Assembly: GCA_963798845.1 (NCBI GenBank)
Contig: CAWCUS010000002.1
Span: 192,001 to 256,000 of the forward strand
Reading direction: 5' to 3'
Length of the DNA stretch: 64,000 nt
Origin: an uncultured Gemmatimonadales bacterium
Lineage (GTDB): Bacteria; Gemmatimonadota; Gemmatimonadetes; Longimicrobiales; RSA9
The number at the start of each line of letters is the position of its first letter. Within the stretch, counting starts at the first letter, position 1. This document shows positions 16,208-24,783 of this stretch, one piece after another. Position numbers and translations under genes: made by a program. The notes below the pieces were generated by a model. It saw only the letters and a list, made by a program, of their open reading frames with translations. It was not told the origin of the DNA and made no database searches.

Positions 16208-17278
16208 TCAACCGGGAGCCAAGCGGGCGATGGCCTCGTAGGGGACGTCGGGCGACGACTTCGCTGCCTCGACCATCTTCGCGACCACCTGCCTCAGGTC
16301 CCCGCCCGACGCCCGGTATACGCGGTCGAACTCGCCCAGGTCCCTGTAGTAGAGCCGGATCCCCATGAGCGTGGCGTTGTTGATGGGCCGTTCGGCGAAC
16401 GTCCGGAAGTTGCGCTCCAGGCGAGGCACCACCTCGCGCTCGTACCCCTCTCGCCAGCGGCGGATGATCTCGTCGCGGTCGGCGACCTTCTGGGCGGCTG
16501 CGATGTCGGTTCGCCCGTACAGGTTGTCGAGGGCGGAGACCAGGCGCTGGAGCGCGTCGCCGAAAACCACCGCGTCGTGCCACGCGGCCCTCGCCGCGAC
16601 GCAGTGCGGACCGGCGTCCCCCTCGATCCCGCAGAACAGCTCGGCCGCCCCCACGTCACCGACGAAGTTGGCAAAGCTCTCATTGAACGCCGCCTGGCTC
16701 GGCAGGTACAGCGTGTTGTGCGTGACCTCGTGGATCACCGTGGACGCCAGGGACACGCTGTCGTAGTCGAGGACCGTGCTGAGCAGCGGATCGTTGAACC
16801 AGCCGAGCGTGCTGAACGCCCCCGACGGTCGCACGTACGTGTCGTAGCCTGCCGCGTCGAGCTTGCTCGCCGCCTCGCGCGCGTCGTCCGGGTCGAAGAA
16901 CCCCTTGTACGGCACCCGCCCCACGATCGGGAACCACCAGGTCACGGGCTGGAACGCGTCCTTCCTCGACGCCTGGACCACGAGCAGGAGCGTGTCGCTG
17001 TCCACCCGCGAGAAGGTCGTGTAGCTGTCGCCGACGTCCAGGCGGAGCCGCTGGCTCGCGAACGTCCTGGCCGTGCGCACCAGCTCCAGCTTGTCCCGCG
17101 TCCGCTCCCCCGTCTCCGGCGACGAGATCACCTGTTCGATCGGACGACGTCGGCTCAGGATCTTCGCTTCCTCCAGCCCCGCCCGCACCACGTACCCCGG
17201 GGAGCAGAACAGGAGAGTGCCGGCCAGTCCTGCGAGGATGGCCACGAGGAGCAGGCGACGAGCGGTGCTTACGGTCAT
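16208..17278 (-). CDS. Putative secreted zinc aminopeptidase
   Basis: WWFPIVGRVPYKGFF, AFSTLGWFNDP, IHEVTH (HExxH), FNESFA. Confidence 0.85.
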   Translation of the reverse strand: MTVSTARRLLLVAILAGLAGTLLFCSPGYVVRAGLEEAKILSRRRPIEQVISSPETGERTRDKLELVRTARTFASQRLRLDVGDSYTTFSRVDSDTLLLVVQASRKDAFQPVTWWFPIVGRVPYKGFFDPDDAREAASKLDAAGYDTYVRPSGAFSTLGWFNDPLLSTVLDYDSVSLASTVIHEVTHNTLYLPSQAAFNESFANFVGDVGAAELFCGIEGDAGPHCVAARAAWHDAVVFGDALQRLVSALDNLYGRTDIAAAQKVADRDEIIRRWREGYEREVVPRLERNFRTFAERPINNATLMGIRLYYRDLGEFDRVYRASGGDLRQVVAKMVEAAKSSPDVPYEAIARLAPG

Positions 17279-17524
17279 GAGGACGTGAGACCCCGGTCGG
17301 CGGCGCGCGGTTCCGTGGGCGCCGCGAGCCTGGACGGGCGGCGCCGGCAGGGTGGGCCTGGCGAATGTTGTTTCTTGTACCAGGTCCGCCGGTCCCCCGC
17401 GTGGCCGGAGGCCAGAATGTGGCCGAGCCACGCGGAAGTCGGGGCGCCATAAAATGTGGATAGTGGTGCCAGGTCCGGCACCGGGGCGTTGCGGCGCCGG
17501 CCGGGCCGGCGGAAATTGCCGACC

Positions 17525-17893
17525 ATGAACCGCACCTTCTTCGCCGTCGGGTCCATCGCGGCGCTCCTGGCCGTGGCCGCCGGCGCGTTCGGCGCCCACG
17601 CGCTCGAAGCGCACCTGACTCCCGAGCGGCTCCAAACGTGGGAGACCGGCGCGCGCTACCAGATGTACCACGCCCTCGGCCTCCTGTTCGCGGCCGCCGC
17701 CGCAGGGCGCTGGCCGGGCGGCGCGACGAGCGCGGCGGGCTGGCTGTTCGTGGCCGGGATCCTGGTCTTCTGCGGCACTGTCTACGCGCTGGCGCTGGGG
17801 GCGCCGCGCTGGCTCGGCGCCGTGACGCCGCTGGGCGGGCTGGCGTTCATGGCCGGTTGGGCGGCGCTGGCCTGGGCCGCGCTCCGGGCATGA
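17525..17893 (+). CDS. DUF423 family membrane protein
   Basis: GAFGAH, YQMYHALGL, GAVTPLGG. Confidence 0.9.
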   Translation: MNRTFFAVGSIAALLAVAAGAFGAHALEAHLTPERLQTWETGARYQMYHALGLLFAAAAAGRWPGGATSAAGWLFVAGILVFCGTVYALALGAPRWLGAVTPLGGLAFMAGWAALAWAALRA

Positions 17894-18666
17894 CGGAGGC
17901 AGAGGCCGGGGAACGCCGCCGGACGGGGCGCGTCGTCGTCATCACGGGGGCGAGCAGCGGCATCGGCGCCGCCCTGAGCCGGCTGCTGGGCGGCGGCGGG
18001 GATTCCCTCGTGCTCGTCGCGCGTCGGGACGCGCAGCTCCGGGCCGTGGCCGCGGAGAGCGGGGACACGCTGCCCATCGCCGCCGACGCGACGCGCCGGG
18101 AAGATGTCCGGCGCGTGGTGGCGCGGGCGCTGGAGCGCTTTGGCCGCATCGACGTGTGGGTCAACAACGCGGGCCAGGGGATCACGCGCCCCCCGTCGCG
18201 GCTCACCGATGACGACATCGACGCCATGATGGCGGTGAACGTGAAGGCGGTCCTGTACGGCATGCAGGAGGTGCTCCCGCACTTCCAGGAGCGGGGCCGC
18301 GGCCACATCGTCAACGTCTCCTCCATGCTCGGGCGCATACCGTTCGTGGTCGGCCGCGCCGCCTATTCCGCCTCGAAGCACTACATGAACGCCCTCACCG
18401 CCAACTTCCGCGACGAGATCCAGGAAAACCATCCCGACATCCACGTCTCCATCGTCTCCCCCGGCGTGGTCCGCACCGACTTCGGACTCCACGCGCGCCA
18501 CGGCGGCCCCGACTCGCGATCCTTCCCGTACTCCCAGGGCGCAGACGACGTCGCCGCCGTCATCGCCCGCGTCATCGACCACCCCCGCCCTGACGTGTAC
18601 ACCCGGCCCGGCGCGGCGGCGAGCGTCGCCGCTTACTACGCAAAGCTGGGCGAAGACCCGTCCTGA
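17890..18666 (+). CDS. SDR family oxidoreductase
   Basis: TGASSGIG, NNAG, YSASK; ATGA overlap. Confidence 0.92.
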   Translation: MTEAEAGERRRTGRVVVITGASSGIGAALSRLLGGGGDSLVLVARRDAQLRAVAAESGDTLPIAADATRREDVRRVVARALERFGRIDVWVNNAGQGITRPPSRLTDDDIDAMMAVNVKAVLYGMQEVLPHFQERGRGHIVNVSSMLGRIPFVVGRAAYSASKHYMNALTANFRDEIQENHPDIHVSIVSPGVVRTDFGLHARHGGPDSRSFPYSQGADDVAAVIARVIDHPRPDVYTRPGAAASVAAYYAKLGEDPS

Positions 18667-18752
18667 CAGGTCAGGGCGTCCGCAGGACGTCCGGTCGGCA
18701 CGGCGCCACGCTTCCGCGGCGGACACCCCGCGTCGACACGGCGGTTCGAACT

Positions 18753-19012
18753 CCCCTGGGCGTCCACCGCTCAACGGCTGGCAAACGCCCAGGGCGACGC
18801 CGACCGCCCCGCTCCCCTGGGCGTTCACCGCTCAACGGCTGGCAAACGCCCAGGGCGACGCCGACCGCCCCGCTCCCCTGGGCGTTCACCGCTCAACGCT
18901 GGCAAACGCCCCGGGCGACGCCGACCGCCCCGCTCCCCTGGGCGTTCACCGCTCGACGGCTGGCAAACGCCCAGGGCGACGCCAACGGCCCCGCACCCCT
19001 GGGCGTTCACCG
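18753..19012. repeat. 61-bp tandem repeat (about 4.3 copies) with internal palindrome, REP/BIME-like
   Basis: Units start at 18753, 18814, 18875, 18935, 18996; each has CCCTGGGCGTT...AACGCCCAGGG. Confidence 0.9.
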
Positions 19013-19152
19013 TTCTGAGAGCAGAAGACCACCCGGGAGGTGCGGAGGGGGGCAGCCCGTTGGGCGTTCCCCACGGCCACAGGCCGGGCCCCCTTCCGTC
19101 CCGTCATCTCCGGGCGGCCCAGTCCGCTGTCCCTCCCCGGGGGCCCCCCTCC

Positions 19153-19270
19153 CCCGTCGCCGTCCCCTCCGGGCGGCCCGTCGCCGTCCCCTCCGGGCGG
19201 CCCGTCGCCGTCCCCTCCGGTCCCCCGTCGCCGTCCCCTCCGGGCGGCCCGTCGCCGTCCGCCCCGGGGG
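19153..19270. repeat. About 24-bp tandem repeat CCGTCGCCGTCCCCTCCGGGCGGC
   Basis: About five degenerate copies visible. Confidence 0.8.
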
Positions 19271-19300
19271 CCCGGTCCCCCATCCCCGCCTCCCCCCAAT

Positions 19301-19360
19301 CTACTAACAAATTAGTTGACAGCGCCCCATGCGGGCGATTATCTACTAGTCAGGTAGTAG
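19301..19360 (+). promoter_or_regulatory. Promoter with two putative BlaI-family operators
   Basis: CTACTA-N6-TAGTTG (19301-19318) overlaps TTGACA (19316-19321); perfect CTACTA-N6-TAGTAG (19343-19360) lies at the -10/+1 region. Confidence 0.75.
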
Positions 19361-19418
19361 GAAGGCCCGGCCGCGTGGACGGCCCGGGAGCGGAGATCGA
19401 GCGCGGGGAGTGTCTGGG

Positions 19419-19796
19419 ATGCCGAGATTCACGGACCGTGAGCTGGACGTGATGGCGGTGCTCTGGAAGCGTGGTGAGGCCACGGTGGCGGAGGTGCGGG
19501 CGGGGCTGGCGGACGAGCTGGCGTACACGACGGTGCTGACGGTGCTGCGGACGCTGGAGGAGAAGGGCCACGTGGGTCACCGTGAGGGGGAGGGACGGGC
19601 GTACGTGTACCGGCCGCTGGTGGAGAGGGAGGAGGCGGGGGCGAGCGCTTTGGCGCGCGTTCTCGACCGGGTGTTCGGCGGCTCGCCGGAGCTGCTGCTG
19701 ACGCAGCTGGTGAGCGAACGGGATCTGAGCGATGCGGAGCTGGAGCGGATGCGTCGCCTGCTGGAAGACCGGCTCGGGAAGGGAGGTGGCGAATGA
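19419..19796 (+). CDS. BlaI/MecI/CopY family repressor
   Basis: RELDVMAVLW, LAYTTVLTVLRTLEEKG, RAYVYRP, FGGS. Confidence 0.93.
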   Translation: MPRFTDRELDVMAVLWKRGEATVAEVRAGLADELAYTTVLTVLRTLEEKGHVGHREGEGRAYVYRPLVEREEAGASALARVLDRVFGGSPELLLTQLVSERDLSDAELERMRRLLEDRLGKGGGE

Positions 19797-21520
19797 TCCT
19801 CGACTGGCTGATCTACGCGCTGGCGGTATCGGCGCTGGTGACAGCCGCAGCCCTGGCGGCCGAGCGTGCGGCGCGGGAGCAGGGTTGGCCGGCGCGGTGG
19901 GTGTGGACGGCGTCGCTGGCCGCGTCCATCGCCCTCCCGGCGGCGGCGGTGGTGCTCCCGGCGCGCGGCCCCATCGCGCCGCTGCCGGCGTTCCCCGTGG
20001 TGTACGCGCTGCCGGCGCTCGTCCCGATCCGGGCGGCCGGCGAGGCGTCGCCCGGGCCGACGCTGGGGACGCTCCTTCTGGCTGCGTGGGTGGCGGCGAC
20101 GGCGGTGCTCCTCGGCGTGCTGGCAGTGGCGGCGGTCCGACTGGGGCGGAGCCGCCGCCGCTGGCAGCAGCGGCGAGTGGACGGCGTCGATGTGCTGGTG
20201 TCCGCCACGGTGGGCCCCGCGGCGGTGGGGATCTGGCGCGGGGCCGTGGTGCTGCCGGGCTGGGCGCTGGAGCTGGACGCCGAGCGTCGCCGGCTGCTGG
20301 TGAGACACGAGGCGGAGCACGTTCGGGCGGGCGATCCCCGGCTGGCGCTGGCGGCCCTGCTCGCGTGCGCGCTGGTCCCGTGGAACCCCGCGATGTGGTG
20401 GCAGCTCAGGCGGCTGCGCCTGGCGCTGGAGATGGACTGCGACGCCCGCGTGCTTCGCCACGGCGGTGATGCGCGCCGTTACGGCTCGCTCCTGCTGGAG
20501 GTGGGGCAGCGCCGGGCCGTGCTCGCCCTGGGACTTGCGGAAGGCACATCGATGCTCGAGAGGAGGATTCGAATGATCACTCGGACGACGTCGGGCCGCC
20601 GCAGGCTCCACGGGCTCGGTCTGGCCGCGTCATCCGCCCTCGCCCTTGCCCTGGCACTGTCGTGCGAGGCGCCGAAGGACCGGCCGGTGGGGGCGCAAGG
20701 GGCGGCGGCGGACGCGGTGTCGCCGACGGAGCCCACGGTCGTCCCCGACCGGGCGCTGCCGTCGAAGGTGAGCGCGGCCGACTTCTCCGACTTCCGGGCG
20801 CTGTTCGCGCACGCGTACACGGAGGAATACCAGAAGGGCAGGCCTGGGGACGCGTACAAGCTCCTCGCGGACGCCGGCCCGCTGGCGAAGACGGACGACG
20901 ACCGGCTGACGCGGGCGTTCTGGATGGCGTACATCCTGTACGAGCAGGCCCAGGAGATCGCCAAGCCCATGACCGCCGAGTCGGCCGCGCAGGCGGAGCC
21001 GCTCTTCCAGGGCGCGCGCGAGCTGTTCGAGTCGGCACGCGCCTACCAGGACCTCCATCCGTCGGCCGACGTCCCGAAGCTGCTGCAGGCCACGGGGAAG
21101 TATCTCGAGATCCAGGAAGCGCTCCTGGCGCGCGGGCCGGATGGCGCAGGTGCGACGCCGGAGGCGTCCAAAGCCGAGGCTGCCGCCAAGATGGCGCGGG
21201 CGTACGCCAATGGGCCGACGTTCACGCCCATGACGACGCGGCCGGAGCTGAAGAACGGGAAGGACGTGCAGCAGGCGCTCATGACCTCCTACCCGCCGCT
21301 GCTCCGGAATGCCGGGATCGGCGGCACCACCAACGTCTGGTTCTTCATCGACGAGAACGGAAGGGTGGCGAAGACGATGATCAACAAATCGAGCGGCTAC
21401 GATGCCCTCGACCAGGCGGCGCTGAATGTAGCGGGGACGATGGAATTCACGCCCGGCATGAACGGCGAGAAGAAGGTGCCCGTGTGGGTGGCGCTCGACA
21501 TCAGGTTCGCCGTCGAATAG
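19793..21520 (+). CDS. M56 (BlaR1-like) metallopeptidase fused to helical and TonB C-terminal domains
   Basis: TM helices, HEAEH, PWNP, EMDCD, LERRI; C-terminal YPPLLRNAGIGG...IDENG...SSG...LDQAA. Confidence 0.9.
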   Translation: MILDWLIYALAVSALVTAAALAAERAAREQGWPARWVWTASLAASIALPAAAVVLPARGPIAPLPAFPVVYALPALVPIRAAGEASPGPTLGTLLLAAWVAATAVLLGVLAVAAVRLGRSRRRWQQRRVDGVDVLVSATVGPAAVGIWRGAVVLPGWALELDAERRRLLVRHEAEHVRAGDPRLALAALLACALVPWNPAMWWQLRRLRLALEMDCDARVLRHGGDARRYGSLLLEVGQRRAVLALGLAEGTSMLERRIRMITRTTSGRRRLHGLGLAASSALALALALSCEAPKDRPVGAQGAAADAVSPTEPTVVPDRALPSKVSAADFSDFRALFAHAYTEEYQKGRPGDAYKLLADAGPLAKTDDDRLTRAFWMAYILYEQAQEIAKPMTAESAAQAEPLFQGARELFESARAYQDLHPSADVPKLLQATGKYLEIQEALLARGPDGAGATPEASKAEAAAKMARAYANGPTFTPMTTRPELKNGKDVQQALMTSYPPLLRNAGIGGTTNVWFFIDENGRVAKTMINKSSGYDALDQAALNVAGTMEFTPGMNGEKKVPVWVALDIRFAVE

Positions 21521-21522
21521 AG

Positions 21523-21652
21523 GGGGGACCCGTTACCCCGGGACCCGTTACCGGGGACCCGTTACCGGGGACCCGTTACCCGGGACCCGTTACCCGGGAC
21601 CCGTTGCCGGGGGGCCGTTACCGGGGACCCGTTACCGGGGGGCCGTTGCCGG
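21523..21652. repeat. 14-bp tandem repeat GGGGACCCGTTACC (about 9 copies)
   Basis: Directly visible, between convergent genes. Confidence 0.9.
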
Positions 21653-21654
21653 CG

Positions 21655-22731
21655 TCAGCGGCTCACGCAGTACAGGTACTCGAACGTCCGGTCCGACTTG
21701 TAGCTCCGCTGCTCGGAGTCCGAGTCGGACCGGTACCGTTTGTAGCTGCGGTGGTAGCGGCGGTAGGTGTCCGGGGCCCCGTACCGTTTCAGGACGCGCT
21801 CGATGGTGGGCTCGGGAATGATCCCCTCGTCGTTGTAGCTCATGACCAGGTGGTGCCAGCGGGCGGTGGCCACCAGCGCCTCGAAGGCCTCCTCGCACTT
21901 CCCGGCGCGGGACCAGTCGCTGCGCTTGTCGGCATCCGGCAGCAGCCCGGTCTTGCCGCGCAGCTCCGGCGCGCCGTCGAACCAGCCCTCCGCCAGAAGC
22001 TCCGGGATGTGGTAGTAGCCCGGGTACTGGCGGTTGTTGTAGGGCGGGTCGAGGTAGAGCAGGTCGAACGGCTCCATGCCGGCGACGAGCTCCAGCGCGT
22101 CCTTCCGCTCGGCGCGGCAGCCGTTCCCTTCCACGATCTCGGCCGCGCGCAGCTCCAGCGGCTTGCGCGCATTGGGCTGCCAGCTCTTCACGAAGGCCGC
22201 GTAGACGCCCGTGGTGTTGGCGACGCGGTCGGCGGCCTCGATGAGGACGGCGAGGAGGAGGTGGAAGAGGTCGTCGTCGATGCGGTCTGCGCGACGCCAC
22301 TCCTCGATGCGGTTTCGTACGTGGTCGATCCGCGCCGCGTTCTGCGGCGTGAAGTACATCCGCCGGTGCTCCCGGGCGCCCTCGCCGGCCGGGGAGTAGT
22401 GGTGGTGGATGAAGTCGGGGAGAGGGTCGAGACCGTTCAGGTAGGCGACGACGTCGCCGAACGTCGGGGCGTCCCTTCCTTCCACCGCGAGCACCTCGTC
22501 CGCGAGCCCGGGCGCCGACGGCAGCGAGCGCGCTTCCACGTAGGCGCGCGCGAAGACGTAGCCGTAGGTCATGATGTCGGACGCGGTGACGCGGAACCCC
22601 ATGCGCTTCAGGTGCTGCGCCACGCTGGCGGTACCGCTGAAGGGGTCGACGGCCGTGCCGGCGATGCCTCGCCTGCGGACCCGCCCCTCGATGAAGGACA
22701 GCAGCTTCGTCTTGTTGCCTATGTATCGCAC
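21655..22731 (-). CDS. N6-adenine DNA methyltransferase (alpha/D12 class)
   Basis: RYIGNKTKLL, DPFSGTASV (motif I), YLDPPY (motif IV), MSYNDEG. Confidence 0.9.
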   Translation of the reverse strand: MRYIGNKTKLLSFIEGRVRRRGIAGTAVDPFSGTASVAQHLKRMGFRVTASDIMTYGYVFARAYVEARSLPSAPGLADEVLAVEGRDAPTFGDVVAYLNGLDPLPDFIHHHYSPAGEGAREHRRMYFTPQNAARIDHVRNRIEEWRRADRIDDDLFHLLLAVLIEAADRVANTTGVYAAFVKSWQPNARKPLELRAAEIVEGNGCRAERKDALELVAGMEPFDLLYLDPPYNNRQYPGYYHIPELLAEGWFDGAPELRGKTGLLPDADKRSDWSRAGKCEEAFEALVATARWHHLVMSYNDEGIIPEPTIERVLKRYGAPDTYRRYHRSYKRYRSDSDSEQRSYKSDRTFEYLYCVSR

Positions 22732-22773
22732 GGAAGCGAATATAGGCGGTGTTTCCAGGAATTGTCCATCGCG

Positions 22774-22971
22774 ATGCCGATCTACCGAGTCACGATCCGA
22801 CACGGGGCGCCGAGGGTGCTCTACGAGGTACTCGACGTGGACGCCTCCGACCTGCGGGGCGCGCTCCTTGCCGCGGCGCAGCGCATGCACGAGGACGTGG
22901 CCGCCACCGCCGATCTCGCGGAGATCCGCGTCCAGGTGGATCCCGACGAGCGTGAGTACGCCCCCGGGTGA
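22774..22971 (+). CDS. Small hypothetical protein (65 aa)
   Basis: Fills the gap before waaA; typical codon usage; MPIYRVTIRHG...EREYAPG. Confidence 0.6.
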   Translation: MPIYRVTIRHGAPRVLYEVLDVDASDLRGALLAAAQRMHEDVAATADLAEIRVQVDPDEREYAPG

Positions 22972-23004
22972 GCACGGGAGAGGGGAGTCGTCGAAGCCGG
23001 GATC

Positions 23005-24393
23005 GTGTCGCTGCCTGAGAACCTGTACGAAGGGACGCTGGCCGTCGCCGGGCCGCTGATCCGGGCGGCCGCGCACCTGAACGCGAAGGCCACGCGTGCC
23101 GTCCGCGGACGCGCGGAATCGCTGGAACGTTTCCGGACGTGGTCCGCGGCGGAGCGCGATCCGGGGCGTCCGCTGGTCTGGGTCCACGCCCCGTCCGTGG
23201 GCGAGTCGCTGATGGCGCAGGCGATCATCGCCGAGCTGCGCCACCTCCGCCCGGAGGCGCAGGTGGCGTTCACGCACTTCTCGCCGTCGGCGGAGCGGAT
23301 GGTGGGGGAGGTGGGCGCGGATGTCTGGGGGTACGTGCCCTGGGACACACGCAAGCCCGTGCGCGAGGTGCTGGGACTGCTCCGCCCCTCCGCCATCGCG
23401 TTCGTCCGCACCGAGGTGTGGCCCGTGCTCACGCGCGAAGCGGCGCAGGCGGGCGCGCGCATGGCGCTGGTGAACGCCGTTCTCGCGGAGGACTCCGGGC
23501 GCCTGAGCTGGCTGGGGCGCGCGTTCCTGGAGTCCGTGTATCGCCGCCTGGACCGGGTGGGCGCGGTGAACGACGTGTGCGCCGCACGGTACGAGCGCCT
23601 CGGCGTTCCGCCCGGTCGGATCACCGTCGCCGGTGACGCTCGCTTCGACCAGGTATTCCGCCGTATCGAGCGACGGTGGCGACCCGGGCCCGCCGGGCTC
23701 CCCGGGCTCCCCGGGCTCGCCGGGCTCCCCGGGCCCGCCGGGCTTCCCGGGCGGGACGGCGACGACGAGTGCGTCCCGGACGAGCTGCGGCCGATCTGGC
23801 GGCTGCTGCGCGACCCGTCCGCGTTCACGCTCGTCGCCGGCTCCACGTGGCCGGAGGACGAGAAGGTCCTGCTTCCCGCGATGGCGGTGCTGCACCACCG
23901 CCACCCGCTGCGCCTCGTGATCGCCCCGCACGAGCCCACGCCCGCCCACCTGAAAGCGCTGGAAACGCGCCTGGACGGTGCGCTGCTGCGCCACGCGCGC
24001 CTCGGCGCCCTTCTGGACAGCGGCGCGGCGCCGCCGCAGGTGGTGGTGGTGGACCGGATGGGGATCCTCGCCGACCTCTACGGCCTCGCTGACGTGGCAT
24101 ACGTGGGCGGCGGATTCGGCACTGCCGGGCTCCACTCCGTGGTCGAGCCGGCGGCGCTGGGAGACCCCGTTCTGTTCGGCCCGGCCCACGGGAACGCGAG
24201 CGAGGCTGTCGACATGGTGGAGGCGGGCGGGGCGCGCGTGGTGAACACGGCCAGCGCGCTGGAGCTCCGGCTGCGCACCTGGATGTCGGACCCGCAGGCC
24301 TGTCGCGTGGCCGGCGAGCGGGCCAGGGAGTTCGTGAAGTCGCGCACAGGCGCCGCGCGCCGAAACGCGGAGCTGGTGGCCGGCCTGCTCTGA
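23005..24393 (+). CDS. waaA: Kdo transferase
   Basis: WVHAPSVGE, GDARFD, VAGSTW, APH, DRMGILADLY, AYVGGGF, EPAA. Confidence 0.9.
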   Translation: MSLPENLYEGTLAVAGPLIRAAAHLNAKATRAVRGRAESLERFRTWSAAERDPGRPLVWVHAPSVGESLMAQAIIAELRHLRPEAQVAFTHFSPSAERMVGEVGADVWGYVPWDTRKPVREVLGLLRPSAIAFVRTEVWPVLTREAAQAGARMALVNAVLAEDSGRLSWLGRAFLESVYRRLDRVGAVNDVCAARYERLGVPPGRITVAGDARFDQVFRRIERRWRPGPAGLPGLPGLAGLPGPAGLPGRDGDDECVPDELRPIWRLLRDPSAFTLVAGSTWPEDEKVLLPAMAVLHHRHPLRLVIAPHEPTPAHLKALETRLDGALLRHARLGALLDSGAAPPQVVVVDRMGILADLYGLADVAYVGGGFGTAGLHSVVEPAALGDPVLFGPAHGNASEAVDMVEAGGARVVNTASALELRLRTWMSDPQACRVAGERAREFVKSRTGAARRNAELVAGLL

Positions 24394-24459
24394 AGCGGGC
24401 CGTTCCGATGGCGCCGCCGCCGCGGCACGAACGAGGTCCACGTGGGTACCCCTGAGCGC

Positions 24460-24783
24460 ATGAGCATCCCACGACCCCCTCGCCCCGAGCCCCTGCCGGC
24501 GGACGCCACGGCGGTGCGCATCCGCGTGCCCGGGCCGCTGCGCCCGCTCGCGGACGGGCGGGCCGAGGTGGTCGTGCCGGCAGGCACGGTCGGCGACGCG
24601 CTGGACGCGCTGGTCCGTCGACATCCCGGGCTCCGCCGCCACCTCCGCACCGAGGCCGGGGCGCTCCGCGAGCACGTCAACATCTTCCTGAATGACGACG
24701 ATGTCCGCTACCTGGCCGGCGAGGCCACGCCGGCCTCGCCGGGCGACGTGGTCACGGTCGTCCCCAGCATCGCGGGCGGTTGA
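24460..24783 (+). CDS. MoaD/ThiS ubiquitin-like sulfur carrier
   Basis: VNIFLNDDDVR, C-terminal IAGG. Confidence 0.9.
   Translation: MSIPRPPRPEPLPADATAVRIRVPGPLRPLADGRAEVVVPAGTVGDALDALVRRHPGLRRHLRTEAGALREHVNIFLNDDDVRYLAGEATPASPGDVVTVVPSIAGG

Noticed and set aside
13514..17452. Very long antisense or alternate-frame ORFs (also 6379-9636, 21655-24675 upstream part, 50515-52863, 55945-58587)
   Set aside because: Expected in high-GC DNA opposite real genes; Arg/Pro/Gly-rich with no family motifs.
18735..18770. tmRNA or tRNA 3'-end remnant (GGTTCGAACTCCC...TCCACC)
   Set aside because: The T-stem does not pair properly and the sequence merges into the first 61-bp repeat unit.
18753..19012. CRISPR array
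   Set aside because: Units are near-identical end to end, with no unique spacers and no cas genes in the window.
21655..22731. Complete restriction-modification system
   Set aside because: No endonuclease or specificity subunit is adjacent.
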